DNA from: Obrimoposthia wandeli
Taxonomy: Eukaryota
Direction: 5' to 3'
DNA: 64,000 nt
Assembly (NCBI GenBank): GCA_977020255.1
Contig: CDROCS010000122.1
Location: forward strand, 1-64,000
Below are positions 52,960 through 64,000 of the stretch, in pieces (the first letter of the stretch is position 1; each line of letters opens with the position of its first letter). The notes under the pieces are model-generated. The model was not told where the DNA came from. It worked only from the letters and a program-made list of their open reading frames with translations, and did not search any database. A program made the translations under genes and the position numbers.

Positions 52960-53002
52960 TATATAATTTTAAGCTCTAAATTAAAGGATTGTCACTCCGG
53001 CT

Positions 53003-54589
53003 ATGGAACTCGTTTTCGTTATTGCCGCATTTCTTGCAGGCTTCATTGCCTTGAGGTGCAAACTTCCCCCCTTAGTGGGCTTTTTGTTGGCGGGTTTTGC
53101 GCTTAATAGCGCAGGCTTTCATTCAACCGAAACGCTTTCGATATTAGCCGATCTTGGTGTAACACTTTTATTGTTCACCATTGGTTTAAAACTCGATGTA
53201 AAAACGCTACTAGCCAAAGAGATTTGGGGAGGAGCAACACTCCATAATTTACTGTCTACAGCATTATTTACGCTGGCGTTACTTGGTTTTAAACAGCTAG
53301 GCATTGGCATGCTGGCTGACTTAGAACTAATGCAACTCGCACTGCTTGCTTTTGCGCTCTCGTTTTCAAGTACGGTATTTGCGATTAAAGCATTACAAGA
53401 GAAAGGTGAACTCAACGCAACATACGGCACTCTAGCCATTGGTATCCTCATTATGCAGGATATTTTTGCCGTTCTTTTCCTCACTATTTCAACCGGTAAA
53501 ATCCCCGAAATTACAGCACTAGGTTTATTTGCACTGCCTTTGTTACGACCACTCATGTTCAAGGTTTTGGATAAAGCTGGGCACGGAGAAATGCTGGTAC
53601 TTTATGCGATTTTCCTTGCATTAGTGGCAGGCGCGGGTTTATTTGAACTCGTGGGTATGAAAGCCGATCTTGGTGCGCTAATTCTAGGCATGATGCTAGC
53701 TGCTCACCCTAAAGCATCAGAAATGTCGAAAACGCTCTTTAATTTAAAAGAGTTATTACTCGTCTGCTTCTTCCTCAATATAGGTTTAGCTGAACAACCA
53801 ACGTTTGATGGCTTCTTAATGGCAATCCTATTGCTACTATTATTGCCGATTAAGGGGCTGCTTTATTACCTTATCTTCAACTTTAGCCGCTACCGGGTTC
53901 GTACATCGCTATTAGGCACACTCACATTATTTAACTACAGTGAGTTTGGACTCATTGTGAGTGGCATGGCATACAAATTAGGCTGGTTACCAGGCAACTT
54001 CCTTGTCGCCATCGCCATTGCTGTATCGTTATCATTCTTAATTGCAGCACCACTCAACAGTATGGGGCATCGACTTTATACAGAGGCATCAAAATGGCTT
54101 AAAGAATATGCACCTGAAAAGCTCAATGCAAATGACCAGCTCATTGATTTAGGCGATGCAAAAATACTGATTTTAGGTATGGGCCGTATTGGTAGTGGTG
54201 CCTACGATGAGCTTGTCACCCGCTACGGTAAACAAGTCATTGGTGTTGAAAACCGTGAGGATTCGGCACTGAATCATCGTAATGAAGGGCGTAATGTCAT
54301 TCATGGTGACGCCACAGACCCCGACTTTTGGGCAAGAGTCATCGCTAAACACCGTATTAAATTAATTTTATTAGCGATGCCACACAGCCAAGCAAATACT
54401 TTTGCTTTAGAACAAGTTAACTTGCGTAATTACGATGGGAAAGTGGCCGCCATAGCTAAATATAATGACGATGAAGAGCTGCTTCATGAGCTAGGCGTAG
54501 ATGCCGCTTTTAATATTTACAATGAAGCAGGCAGTGGTTTTGCTCGCCATGTATGTGATCACCTAGAACCTGATATTAAGCCTATCTAG
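53003..54589 (+). CDS. CPA2-family cation:proton antiporter with RCK/KTN domain (KefB/KefC-like)
   Basis: Multiple TM segments, FSSTV, LIMQDI, C-terminal GMGRIG nucleotide-binding domain. Confidence 0.88.
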   Translation: MELVFVIAAFLAGFIALRCKLPPLVGFLLAGFALNSAGFHSTETLSILADLGVTLLLFTIGLKLDVKTLLAKEIWGGATLHNLLSTALFTLALLGFKQLGIGMLADLELMQLALLAFALSFSSTVFAIKALQEKGELNATYGTLAIGILIMQDIFAVLFLTISTGKIPEITALGLFALPLLRPLMFKVLDKAGHGEMLVLYAIFLALVAGAGLFELVGMKADLGALILGMMLAAHPKASEMSKTLFNLKELLLVCFFLNIGLAEQPTFDGFLMAILLLLLLPIKGLLYYLIFNFSRYRVRTSLLGTLTLFNYSEFGLIVSGMAYKLGWLPGNFLVAIAIAVSLSFLIAAPLNSMGHRLYTEASKWLKEYAPEKLNANDQLIDLGDAKILILGMGRIGSGAYDELVTRYGKQVIGVENREDSALNHRNEGRNVIHGDATDPDFWARVIAKHRIKLILLAMPHSQANTFALEQVNLRNYDGKVAAIAKYNDDEELLHELGVDAAFNIYNEAGSGFARHVCDHLEPDIKPI

Positions 54590-54613
54590 TCCATTTCTTC
54601 TCATAAACCAATC

Positions 54614-54640
54614 AACGGCAGCTTCGGCTGCCGTTTGTTT
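54614..54640 (+). terminator. Intrinsic terminator of the antiporter gene
   Basis: AACGGCAGC-TTCG-GCTGCCGTTTGTTT. Confidence 0.85.
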
Positions 54641-54888
54641 ATCTGTACGAAAAAACAACCAATATTAGATTTAATTCGGAAAAAATCAATTTAACTGAAT
54701 GATATTCACCACAGGCTGTTTTCTTTAATTGAACAGATGTTTTTTATTGCATTTACTTACAGAATACGCAATTTTAACAATCAGAAAGGGAAAAGATGAA
54801 AGCTGTCTATAAATATAACAAGACGCTGAAACCTTAACCCGAAAGAATTTAGGGAAAGAATTAAAACCGTTAGGTTGGAGTGGAAAGT

Positions 54889-56556
54889 ATGTGTTCAGTA
54901 TTTGGTATCTTAGACATTAAAAGCGACCCATCAGCATTACGTGCAACCGCACTAGAAATGTCAAAAAAGATGCGTCACCGTGGTCCTGATTGGTCAGGTA
55001 TCTATTCATCAGATAAAGCAATTCTTGTGCATGAACGCCTAGCAATTGTAGATTTGAATAGCGGTGAGCAACCACTTTACAACCAAGATAAAACACATGT
55101 TTTAGCGGTTAATGGTGAAATTTATAACCACAAAGAATTGAGTGCAGAATTTGCACCAGACTACCCTTTCCAAACAGAATCTGATTGTGAAATCATTTTG
55201 GCTCTGTACAAAGAAAAAGGGCCTGAACTGCTTGATTACCTCAACGGTATCTTTGGTTTTATTCTTTATGATGCGGTTGAAGATGCGTATTTAATCGGAC
55301 GTGACCATATCGGTATTATCCCGCTGTACCAAGGTTATGACGAACATGGTAACTATTACATTGCGTCTGAAATGAAAGCACTTGTGCCAATCTGTAAAAC
55401 CATCAGTGAATTCCCTCCTGGTAGCTTCCTGTGGAGCAAAAAAGGTGAACCAACACGTTACTACAAACGTGACTGGATGGAATTTGAGACGGTTGCTGAC
55501 GCGCCAACAGACAAAGTGGCACTAAAAGATGCACTAGAAAGTGCCGTTAAACGCCAATTAATGACCGATGTACCTTATGGCGTACTACTTTCTGGCGGGT
55601 TAGATTCATCGATTATTTCTGCTATCACCAAGAAATTTGCCGCTCGTCGTATTGAAGATGATGAAAAATCGCAAGCTTGGTGGCCAACATTGCACTCTTT
55701 TGCTGTCGGCTTAGAAGATGCACCAGATCTTAAAGCTGCAAAAATAGTTGCAGACAGTATTGGCACTGTTCACCACGAACTGACTTACACCATCCAAGAA
55801 GGTATCGATGCCATTCGTGACGTGATTTACCACATTGAAACATACGATGTGACAACCATTCGTGCATCGACACCTATGTATTTAATGTCTCGTAAAATCC
55901 GTGCAATGGGTATTAAGATGGTACTTTCTGGTGAAGGGGCTGACGAAGTATTCGGTGGCTACCTGTACTTCCACAAAGCACCTAACAAGCGTGAATTCCA
56001 CGAAGAAACAGTGCGTAAGCTGCTTGCACTAAACATGTTTGACTGTGCTCGAGCGAACAAATCGATGGCTGCTTGGGGTATTGAAGCGCGTGTTCCTTTC
56101 TTGGATAAAGAATTCCTAGAAGTTGCGATGCGTATTAACCCAGAAGATAAGATGTGTGGCAACGGTAAGATGGAAAAGCATATCCTACGTGAATGTTTTG
56201 AAGATCACCTTCCAGCATCAGTGGCATGGCGCCAGAAAGAACAATTTTCTGATGGTGTCGGTTATAGCTGGATTGATAGCTTAAAAGAAGTTGCGGAAGA
56301 AAAAGTAACTGAGCAACAACTAGAGACAGCTAGCTTCCGATTCCCGTACAACACGCCAACCACAAAAGAAGGCTATATGTACCGTGAAATCTTTGATGAG
56401 TTATTCCCGCTAGAAAGTGCAGCTAAATGCGTCCCTGGTGGGCCGTCAATCGCATGCTCAAGCGCTAAAGCCATTGAGTGGGACGAGAGTTTCAAGAACA
56501 GTGCAGATCCTTCAGGACGCGCTATTGCAGCCGTTCACAACGAAGCATATAAGTAA
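54889..56556 (+). CDS. asnB: Asparagine synthetase B (glutamine-hydrolysing)
   Basis: N-terminal nucleophile MCSVFG, HRGPD, LSGGLDSS, SGEGADE; ATG at 54889 places Cys at position 2. Confidence 0.97.
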   Translation: MCSVFGILDIKSDPSALRATALEMSKKMRHRGPDWSGIYSSDKAILVHERLAIVDLNSGEQPLYNQDKTHVLAVNGEIYNHKELSAEFAPDYPFQTESDCEIILALYKEKGPELLDYLNGIFGFILYDAVEDAYLIGRDHIGIIPLYQGYDEHGNYYIASEMKALVPICKTISEFPPGSFLWSKKGEPTRYYKRDWMEFETVADAPTDKVALKDALESAVKRQLMTDVPYGVLLSGGLDSSIISAITKKFAARRIEDDEKSQAWWPTLHSFAVGLEDAPDLKAAKIVADSIGTVHHELTYTIQEGIDAIRDVIYHIETYDVTTIRASTPMYLMSRKIRAMGIKMVLSGEGADEVFGGYLYFHKAPNKREFHEETVRKLLALNMFDCARANKSMAAWGIEARVPFLDKEFLEVAMRINPEDKMCGNGKMEKHILRECFEDHLPASVAWRQKEQFSDGVGYSWIDSLKEVAEEKVTEQQLETASFRFPYNTPTTKEGYMYREIFDELFPLESAAKCVPGGPSIACSSAKAIEWDESFKNSADPSGRAIAAVHNEAYK

Positions 56557-56563
56557 AAGCATA

Positions 56564-56597
56564 TAGAAGGGGCGAGTTTACATACTCGCCTCTTCTA
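56564..56597 (+). terminator. Hairpin after asnB
   Basis: TAGAAGGGGCGAGT...ACTCGCCTCTTCTA. Confidence 0.6.
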
Positions 56598-56640
56598 ATC
56601 TCAATAAATAAATGCTCATAAATTAGCGCAGATATAAAAC

Positions 56641-56670
56641 AAAAAAACCGCCATCTTCGGCGGTTTTTTT
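56641..56670. terminator. Bidirectional terminator between asnB and gsk
   Basis: AAAAAAACCGCC-ATCTTC-GGCGGTTTTTTT. Confidence 0.88.
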
Positions 56671-56715
56671 ATTCTCGAAACTCGGTTCTAGAAACGCGTT
56701 ACTCTATTCTAAAAC

Positions 56716-58020
56716 TTAACGCTCCCAGTATGCTTCTTCTAGGCTATCTTCACGCTCAGGTAAACCACGAGAAAGACGCGGAGAGTGCTGTGCAAGCACT
56801 TCGTAACTCACTCGGTTTGCATACAAACATACCTGCGAAAATGAAGAGTACGTTAGGAAACTTTGCTGGTGCTTACTTGAATTAGGCACATTCCCTTTGT
56901 GGTAATGGTTAGCAGACATATCGTGCAGTAACGCTGATAGTGCACCATCACCCGCGCCATTGGTATTCTTAATACGTTCTGGACCACCCATGTAAGGTGC
57001 AATGTGCGAATACGCTTTAATTGGCGTTTCACATTCTGCTTTCAGCATTGGACGGCTAAATTCATAACGGTTAAATTCTGCAATTTCACCGGGTAGTAAC
57101 GGTAAGCTGGTTTCACGTTTCGCATTATCTTCAGTGTAACCTGCGGTATACAGACCAACAGGACCCGCTGTACATAAAACAAGATCAACCCATTCCAGCG
57201 TTTTATCAGAGGCAACTAATGGATCTGATTCACCAGTAAGTGCTTCAGCTTCATCTTCGTTCATCGCTACAACCGTCACATGCTCCCGAAGGAAGTCACG
57301 CCACCATTGTGGATCATCTTCGATAACAAACTTTGTGCCCAACGTGAGTACAACGGGCACATCATACTTCTTGGCAAATTCGATCGCTCGCATCGTTGCT
57401 TCAGGCATTGGATCACCCTCTTTACAACGAACAAGGTAAGCCGTTAGCACAAGTGCTGCAGCTGTTTCGAAAATAGACTCAGGAATATTATCTGGGTGCA
57501 GCTGATTCATGCGGCCTTCATTAATGGCGAAAGTACGTTCACCATCTTTAGACATTAGCGCGAAACAACGACCAATAGGGCCCACAACCGGTTGAAGGAA
57601 GTTCATATCCATACGACTAGAGGTATTACAAAGATAACGGTAAGCATAGCTACCAATTTCTATGTCTTTGCTCATAACACCTAATAGCACTGATTTATCG
57701 TCAGCCAGTACAGAGTAGTTGTGTAATGTATTACCAATCGTGCCACCCGCAAATTCATGCGTGATGAGATTATTATCTTTTAATTCACGGTAAAGCTCTT
57801 CTGCTTTTTCATCTGTGATGACAAGCGAATGCCCTTTACTAAGCTCATAGCGTTCCAGGAAGGCTTCGTCAACATACGCTTCGATATCAACCAAAGTCTG
57901 ATCAATACCGACAACATGAGTACGAGTTAAACGCTTTTCTTGTTTCGTTTGACTTAAAAGCGGATCACGAGCATGTACGGGAAAGTAATGCTTTGATTTT
58001 CGTTGGCCTGGAAATTTCAT
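56716..58020 (-). CDS. gsk: Inosine/guanosine kinase
   Basis: MKFPGQRKSKHYFPV, NTNGAGDG PfkB motif, LEEAYWER. Confidence 0.96.
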   Translation of the reverse strand: MKFPGQRKSKHYFPVHARDPLLSQTKQEKRLTRTHVVGIDQTLVDIEAYVDEAFLERYELSKGHSLVITDEKAEELYRELKDNNLITHEFAGGTIGNTLHNYSVLADDKSVLLGVMSKDIEIGSYAYRYLCNTSSRMDMNFLQPVVGPIGRCFALMSKDGERTFAINEGRMNQLHPDNIPESIFETAAALVLTAYLVRCKEGDPMPEATMRAIEFAKKYDVPVVLTLGTKFVIEDDPQWWRDFLREHVTVVAMNEDEAEALTGESDPLVASDKTLEWVDLVLCTAGPVGLYTAGYTEDNAKRETSLPLLPGEIAEFNRYEFSRPMLKAECETPIKAYSHIAPYMGGPERIKNTNGAGDGALSALLHDMSANHYHKGNVPNSSKHQQSFLTYSSFSQVCLYANRVSYEVLAQHSPRLSRGLPEREDSLEEAYWER

Positions 58021-58141
58021 GTCAATGAGCTGTCTGTTGTGAGATTTTTGTGGATTCTATCACACAATATAGTACAAAAAATACTGAGCTCTCACAGTTT
58101 TTGAGAGCTCAATAAAGATATATCAGCGACGCAAACCTTTG

Positions 58142-59110
58142 CTACCAACCTTGAGAGTGCTGAGTAACCAAGTTTTCCATCATGCGAATATGTGCTTCGT
58201 TATCGTTTAAGCATGGGATCAGATTAAATACGTCGCCCCCCGCTTTTATAAAGGTTTCTTTGCATTGCTCTGCAATTTCTTCCAATGTTTCTAAGCAATC
58301 AACAGAGAAAGCGGGACACATAACATCTAACCGCTTAATACCTTTTTTGGCCAATGCTTCAATAGTGGCTTCAGTATATGGCTGCAACCATTCTTCACGA
58401 CCAAAAATTGATTGGTAGCTCATACTCATTTTTTCACGCGGCATTGCCAGTTTTTCAGCGAGTTTCTCTGTTGTACCATGGCAATGCTTAGGGTACGGGT
58501 CACCGTTATCTGCATAACGTTTGGGAATACCATGATAAGAACACAGTAAATAATCTGGCTCACCGTTTTCAGCCCAAAAATCAGTGGCTGATAGTGCTAA
58601 CGCATCAATATAATCAGGGTGATCAAAGTAATGATTAATAAAACGTAGCTCTGGAATATGAGGCTGTTGTTTTAGCTCTTTTGCAATACGGTCAAAAACG
58701 GCAGCTGTGGTTGTACCCGAATATTGAGGATACAAAGGCAATACCACCACGTTGTCGCAGCCTTGCTGTTTTAATTCAGCTAAACCCGTTGCAATACTTG
58801 GTGTGCCATACGTCATACCAAGTGCCACTGGCACATTCAGCTGTTTTTCTAGCGCTTGTCGCTGACGCTGGGAATACACTAAGAGTGGAGAACCCTCTTC
58901 CATCCATACCGACTCATAAAGCTTTGCTACTTTAGGCGAGCGAATGGGTAAAATAACACCATGTAAAATAGGGCACCAAAGCCAACGAGTCATATCAACA
59001 ACACGCTTATCATGCAGGAATTCAGCTAAGAAACGTTTGATACCCGCAGGCGATGCTTCATCAGGCGTGCCTAAATTGACTAATAAGACACCATAGTTAT
59101 TATTTTTCAT
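58142..59110 (-). CDS. hemH: Ferrochelatase
   Basis: [29 protein letters not shown]; start is probably the ATG at 59110. Confidence 0.96.
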   Translation of the reverse strand: MKNNNYGVLLVNLGTPDEASPAGIKRFLAEFLHDKRVVDMTRWLWCPILHGVILPIRSPKVAKLYESVWMEEGSPLLVYSQRQRQALEKQLNVPVALGMTYGTPSIATGLAELKQQGCDNVVVLPLYPQYSGTTTAAVFDRIAKELKQQPHIPELRFINHYFDHPDYIDALALSATDFWAENGEPDYLLCSYHGIPKRYADNGDPYPKHCHGTTEKLAEKLAMPREKMSMSYQSIFGREEWLQPYTEATIEALAKKGIKRLDVMCPAFSVDCLETLEEIAEQCKETFIKAGGDVFNLIPCLNDNEAHIRMMENLVTQHSQGW

Positions 59111-59361
59111 TGCCACCCACTGCACATTCATCAAAATCAAGAATAAGTCTATCTTATCATTAAGCGACGAATTCAAACGTTATAAACCATAGAAATATAA
59201 CGTTATATATCGTCTTTTAGATCACTCAATCACAATATATACGCCATTAATATTACACCACATGGGCCATATACCCCGCTCTACTTAATTGAGGACATAA
59301 AAAAAGCGAGCAACCTAAATAAGGTCTACCCGCTTTTTCTTACTGGTAATAAAACCAATAA

Positions 59362-60045
<684 letters not shown>

Positions 60046-60221
60046 TTATCGTTTTTAAAACCTGTCATTTAAATAACGTTAAAAAACATCGGATTTAAAA
60101 AGGGTAACTTTGAAGACATGGAAAATACACTGAATAGCCCATACTCGCAAGCCCAGACCCCGTCTTGCCTACGATTACATGCGTTATCAGAATACAATTT
60201 GATACGAAAGCTAACCAAGAA

Positions 60222-60254
60222 ATGCCTGATACAAAATTAATCAGTATCAGGCAT
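60222..60254 (-). terminator. Hairpin after htpG
   Basis: ATGCCTGATAC...GTATCAGGCAT. Confidence 0.6.
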
Positions 60255-60262
60255 AAAAGCGA

Positions 60263-62167
60263 TTAGACCTTAGTCAGAAGCTTGTTCACCGCAGCAACAT
60301 ACTGTGATGGATCTTCTAATGAACCACGTTCAGCCAACATCGATTGGCCAAGTAATAGTTCAACCCAACGACCGAATGTTTCTTCATCCGCTTCATTCGC
60401 CATTTGCTTCACTAAACCATGTTCTGGGTTAATTTCGAAAATGTACTGCACTTCGGGTGCATCATGGCCAGCAGCGGCGAGTAATTTCGCCATCTGTGTG
60501 CCCATTTCATTTTCGTCGGTCACAACAACCGCTGGCGTATCATGTAGTTTGAACGTTGTACGAACGTCTTTAACACGCGTACCAAGGTAACCTTTTGCAC
60601 GTTCAACAACAGATTTGAATTCTTCTTCTGCTTCTTTTTGTTTTTCTTTATCTTCTTCGTTTTCAAACTTAGAAAGATCAAGGTCTGCTTTGGTAATGGC
60701 TTGGAACGGCTTACCGTCGAATTCAGGTAATTGGCTCATCAACCATTCATCAATACGATCATGCATCAAAATAACTTCTAAGCCTTTCACACGGAATTGC
60801 TCAAGGTGAGGGCTATTCTTTGCAGCGGTAAAACTATCAGCCGTTAAGAAGTAAATTTTCTCTTGGCCTTCTTTCATACGTGAAACGTAATCAGCTACAG
60901 ATACAGTTTGATCTGCAGTATCGTTATGTGTAGAGCTAAAACGAAGTAAATTAGCAATTTTTTCTCGGTTAGAGAAATCTTCAGCAGGCCCTTCTTTTAG
61001 CACTTGGCCAAATTCAGTCCAAAAAGTTTGATATTTTTCTGCATCGTTCTTTGCCATACGATCCAGCATGCTGAGTGCACGTTTCGTACATGCCTTACGT
61101 AGCGTTTGAGTAACCTTGTTATCTTGCAAGATTTCACGAGAGACATTGAGTGGCAAGTCATTTGAATCAATCAGACCACGCATGAAACGTAGGTAGCTTG
61201 GCATAAACTGCTGAGCATCATCCATGATAAACACGCGTTGAACGTATAGCTTAAGACCATGCTTGCTATCACGGTTGTTCATGTCCCACGGGGCTTTAGA
61301 TGGAACATACAGCAAGCTTGTGTAATCTTGCGTACCTTCCACACGGTTGTGGCTCCACGTTAATGGCTCAGCAAAGTCATGAGAAACATGGTTGTAGAAT
61401 TCTTTATATTCTTCTTCCGTTACTTCTGACTTATTCCGTGTCCATAGTGCTTGAGCTTTATTTATTTGCTCCCACTTACTGCCTGTCGGTTTACCTTCAT
61501 CATCATTTTCAGTCACCAAAATATGGACAGGAATGCCGATGTGATCAGAATACTTACCGATGATGTCACGTAAACGGTGCTCGTTTAAAAATTCAGTTTC
61601 ATCGTCACGCAAGTGCAGAATAATATCCGTACCGCGCGTTGTTTTGTTGATATCTTCAACGGTGTAGTCGCCTTCACCTTCAGATGTCCAGCTCACACCT
61701 TTATCCGCGGCTTCACCCGCAGCTCGTGTGTTAACCGTTACTGATTTAGCCACGATAAAAGAAGAATAAAAACCAACACCAAACTGACCAATTAACTGTG
61801 AATCTTTTGATTCATCGTTGCTCAATTTAGAAAAGAAGTCTTTTGTACCTGATTTTGCAATCGTACCTAGATGTTCAATAACATCATCACGATTCATACC
61901 AATGCCATTATCGCTAACGGTTAGCGTACCCGCTTCTGCATTGAATGATAATTTCACACCGATATCGGCATCATTTTCAAATAAATCAGGTTGAGACAAA
62001 GCACGGAAGCGAAGCTTATCTGCAGCATCTGATGCATTAGAGATCAGCTCGCGCAAAAAAATCTCTTTATTCGAATATAAAGAATGAATCATCAAATGAA
62101 GTAATTGCTTTACTTCAGACTGGAAACCACGCGTTTCCTTGTTGATATGTGTACCTTGTTCGCTCAT
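60263..62167 (-). CDS. htpG: Hsp90 chaperone HtpG
   Basis: [29 protein letters not shown]. Confidence 0.98.
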   Translation of the reverse strand: MSEQGTHINKETRGFQSEVKQLLHLMIHSLYSNKEIFLRELISNASDAADKLRFRALSQPDLFENDADIGVKLSFNAEAGTLTVSDNGIGMNRDDVIEHLGTIAKSGTKDFFSKLSNDESKDSQLIGQFGVGFYSSFIVAKSVTVNTRAAGEAADKGVSWTSEGEGDYTVEDINKTTRGTDIILHLRDDETEFLNEHRLRDIIGKYSDHIGIPVHILVTENDDEGKPTGSKWEQINKAQALWTRNKSEVTEEEYKEFYNHVSHDFAEPLTWSHNRVEGTQDYTSLLYVPSKAPWDMNNRDSKHGLKLYVQRVFIMDDAQQFMPSYLRFMRGLIDSNDLPLNVSREILQDNKVTQTLRKACTKRALSMLDRMAKNDAEKYQTFWTEFGQVLKEGPAEDFSNREKIANLLRFSSTHNDTADQTVSVADYVSRMKEGQEKIYFLTADSFTAAKNSPHLEQFRVKGLEVILMHDRIDEWLMSQLPEFDGKPFQAITKADLDLSKFENEEDKEKQKEAEEEFKSVVERAKGYLGTRVKDVRTTFKLHDTPAVVVTDENEMGTQMAKLLAAAGHDAPEVQYIFEINPEHGLVKQMANEADEETFGRWVELLLGQSMLAERGSLEDPSQYVAAVNKLLTKV

Positions 62168-62208
62168 CTAGTACTCCGAAACAGTTAGTTTACGTAATTC
62201 ATTAGATA

Positions 62209-62235
62209 TATATGGTCAAAGAATGTGTTTTCAAC
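62209..62235 (-). promoter_or_regulatory. RpoH (sigma32) promoter of htpG
   Basis: GTTGAA-N13-ACCATAT on the minus strand; htpG is a canonical heat-shock gene. Confidence 0.55.
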
Positions 62236-62358
62236 CTAAAATAGACCTTTTCACATACTTTACATTTTTTCAGTGCGTGTTTTTATTTTTTTATATTCAG
62301 ACTATATTCAGTACAAATATGATATATAGACGCATAAACTATATATCCGGGGCAAAAA

Positions 62359-63231
62359 ATGCTTAAAATTTCCACAAAATATTTAATCGGGCAACGATTC
62401 CTTTTTGACCCTTACGATAACAGCCTGATCGATCAACACGAAAGTGATGAATTAACACGCCTAGGTAGCAATGAAAGCCGAGCTCTAGGTTTATTAATTG
62501 AAGACCCAGGTGCGATTATCACGCGTAACCGCTTACATGATTATGTATGGCGAGAGCAAGGCTTTGAGGTTGATGACTCAAGCTTAACCCAAGCAATCTC
62601 AACACTGCGAAAAGCATTAAAAGATTCGACAAAATCCCCAGATTTTATAAAAACCGTGCCAAAACGCGGCTATCAAATGATTGCGCCAGTTGAAGAATAC
62701 AGCAGCGATACTAGCAGTTCAGAGTCCCCTGAAACAGAAGCCACTGATAATACTGACTCAACCGATGCAAGCAGCCATCACAAAAATGACATTCGCCATA
62801 ATACGGCAGCAGCAACACACATTCATCCTTCATCAGACAAGCTGACTTCTAGTGCAGCAATACCGTCACAAAAAACCAAAGTATTAGGTTGGGTTGCTCT
62901 TGCACTCGCATGCTTGTTACCCCTACTGGTTAATCTTAGTTTTCCACCTAAATCAGAAGCTTTTACACCATTATTAGAAGTAGATGGCATAACAGTCTCA
63001 ACGACGAAGGTTCACCCTGTTCTTAATAATTGGGAACCGATGATTTCTGAGTGTGTAACAACCTATTTAAAAAGCCATCAGGATACAATTCGCCCAGTTG
63101 AAATCATTGTAACGGGTGGTCAAAACAACTCAATTTGGTTGAACTATATTCACGACACATCAGTGCCAAATGAAAATGTAACGCTTCGCCTGCTAACAAG
63201 CCAAGAGGATAATTCGAAGCTATGCCAATAA
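62359..63231 (+). CDS. toxR: Transmembrane transcriptional regulator ToxR
   Basis: RLGSNESR, VDDSSLTQAISTLRK.L, TVPKRGYQ winged helix; one TM segment; two periplasmic Cys; divergent from htpG. Confidence 0.95.
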   Translation: MLKISTKYLIGQRFLFDPYDNSLIDQHESDELTRLGSNESRALGLLIEDPGAIITRNRLHDYVWREQGFEVDDSSLTQAISTLRKALKDSTKSPDFIKTVPKRGYQMIAPVEEYSSDTSSSESPETEATDNTDSTDASSHHKNDIRHNTAAATHIHPSSDKLTSSAAIPSQKTKVLGWVALALACLLPLLVNLSFPPKSEAFTPLLEVDGITVSTTKVHPVLNNWEPMISECVTTYLKSHQDTIRPVEIIVTGGQNNSIWLNYIHDTSVPNENVTLRLLTSQEDNSKLCQ

Positions 63232-63770
63232 AAAATAAATCTACCCAAATGCCCTCAGTTATCAAACGCTTTTGGCCATTTCTGATCTTGATCATTTCGG
63301 GAATATTTAGCACTTGGCTGTATTATTCAAGTGACTTTAAGTTAGACCAATTGCTGATGTCTCGTGAATGGCAATCAACCACAGTAAGCCGTATCGAAGA
63401 AACACAATTTGATACGCTAGGTATGCTACGTAGCGTGGAGCAAACGAGCCATGTTGTGTATTTACCCAATAAAACGTATTCGCGCATTACACTAATGAAA
63501 TTATTCAGTAATGAAGAATCTCCATTAACGTTACATATCTCTGAGTCTGGGAAATGGGATATTAGCGGTGGTTACTTATTAACGGAACCTGTTGAATTTA
63601 AAGATATTACATCAGGGAAAAATGCAGACTTTCAAAAGCAGCATCTTACTATTGTGAAAAAGGTTTTTCGTATGGATGCTCAACAAAGCCGTCGCATTGA
63701 TATTATCAATCAAAAATCAATGTTGCTAACAAGCTTAACTTACGGTTCAAATATTTTATATTCACTGTAA
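63222..63770 (+). CDS. toxS: ToxR accessory protein ToxS
   Basis: N-terminal TM segment, SREWQS, LPN..Y.R, SG.WD..GGYL; follows toxR (alternative start at 63249). Confidence 0.92.
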   Translation: MPIKNKSTQMPSVIKRFWPFLILIISGIFSTWLYYSSDFKLDQLLMSREWQSTTVSRIEETQFDTLGMLRSVEQTSHVVYLPNKTYSRITLMKLFSNEESPLTLHISESGKWDISGGYLLTEPVEFKDITSGKNADFQKQHLTIVKKVFRMDAQQSRRIDIINQKSMLLTSLTYGSNILYSL

Positions 63771-63814
63771 GAATAATAACGATTGTAAAATATTATAAAG
63801 ACCGATTTAATTCT

Positions 63815-63845
63815 AAAACCACATCTTATTAGGTGTGGTTTTTTT
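63815..63845 (+). terminator. Intrinsic terminator of toxRS
   Basis: AAAACCACATC-TTATTA-GGTGTGGTTTTTTT. Confidence 0.85.
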
Positions 63846-64000
63846 ATACATACATTTTGATGGTGAATAGATGTTGAATGCAGAAAAAGTAATTCAGATA
63901 AGCCAAGGCAACAAACATAATTCATTATTCTATCGTCTAAACAGACCCTCTTCTCTAACCCTTCCCCTAATCAGATCAAATAAGGAGCCACTAGGCTCCT

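Noticed and set aside
63740-63925. 61-aa Cys/His-containing minus-strand ORF after toxS
   Set aside because: It runs through the toxRS terminator and the toxS 3' end and has no RBS or family motif.

Overview
This is a core-chromosome segment of a Vibrionaceae bacterium, most likely Photobacterium. Adk and ToxR/ToxS resemble, from memory, those of the P. profundum group; this was not checked by search. Gene order: lysine riboswitch with a partial NhaC-family transporter, hns, lytic transglycosylase/ycgL, minCDE, rnd, fadD, hydrolase, slp, tsaB, yoaA, purU, yecM, argS, a GGDEF cyclase, feoABC, mepM-znuA/znuCB, sdhCDAB-sucABCD, gltA, pgm-seqA, fldA, fur, glnS, nagE/nagBAC, a K+/H+ antiporter, asnB, gsk, hemH, adk, htpG and toxRS. 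All long genes look intact. I found no rRNA, tRNA, CRISPR, prophage, transposase or defence genes, and no convincing novel multi-gene system. The unexplained structure is intergenic: (i) a terminator-bounded candidate sRNA locus between nagE and glnS, with a GU-rich tract, an anti-SD motif and a perfect 15-4-15 palindrome; (ii) a 26-codon ORF built from three 18-nt repeats that overlaps the fadD stop; (iii) two ~70-nt copies of a TATACCC-ended MITE-like repeat; and (iv) a 1-nt offset at the sdhC start that creates a coupled uORF. FadR, Fur, FNR, Zur, NagC, CRP and RpoH sites are recognisable. Where RBS evidence supports it, I adjusted starts from the ORF track.
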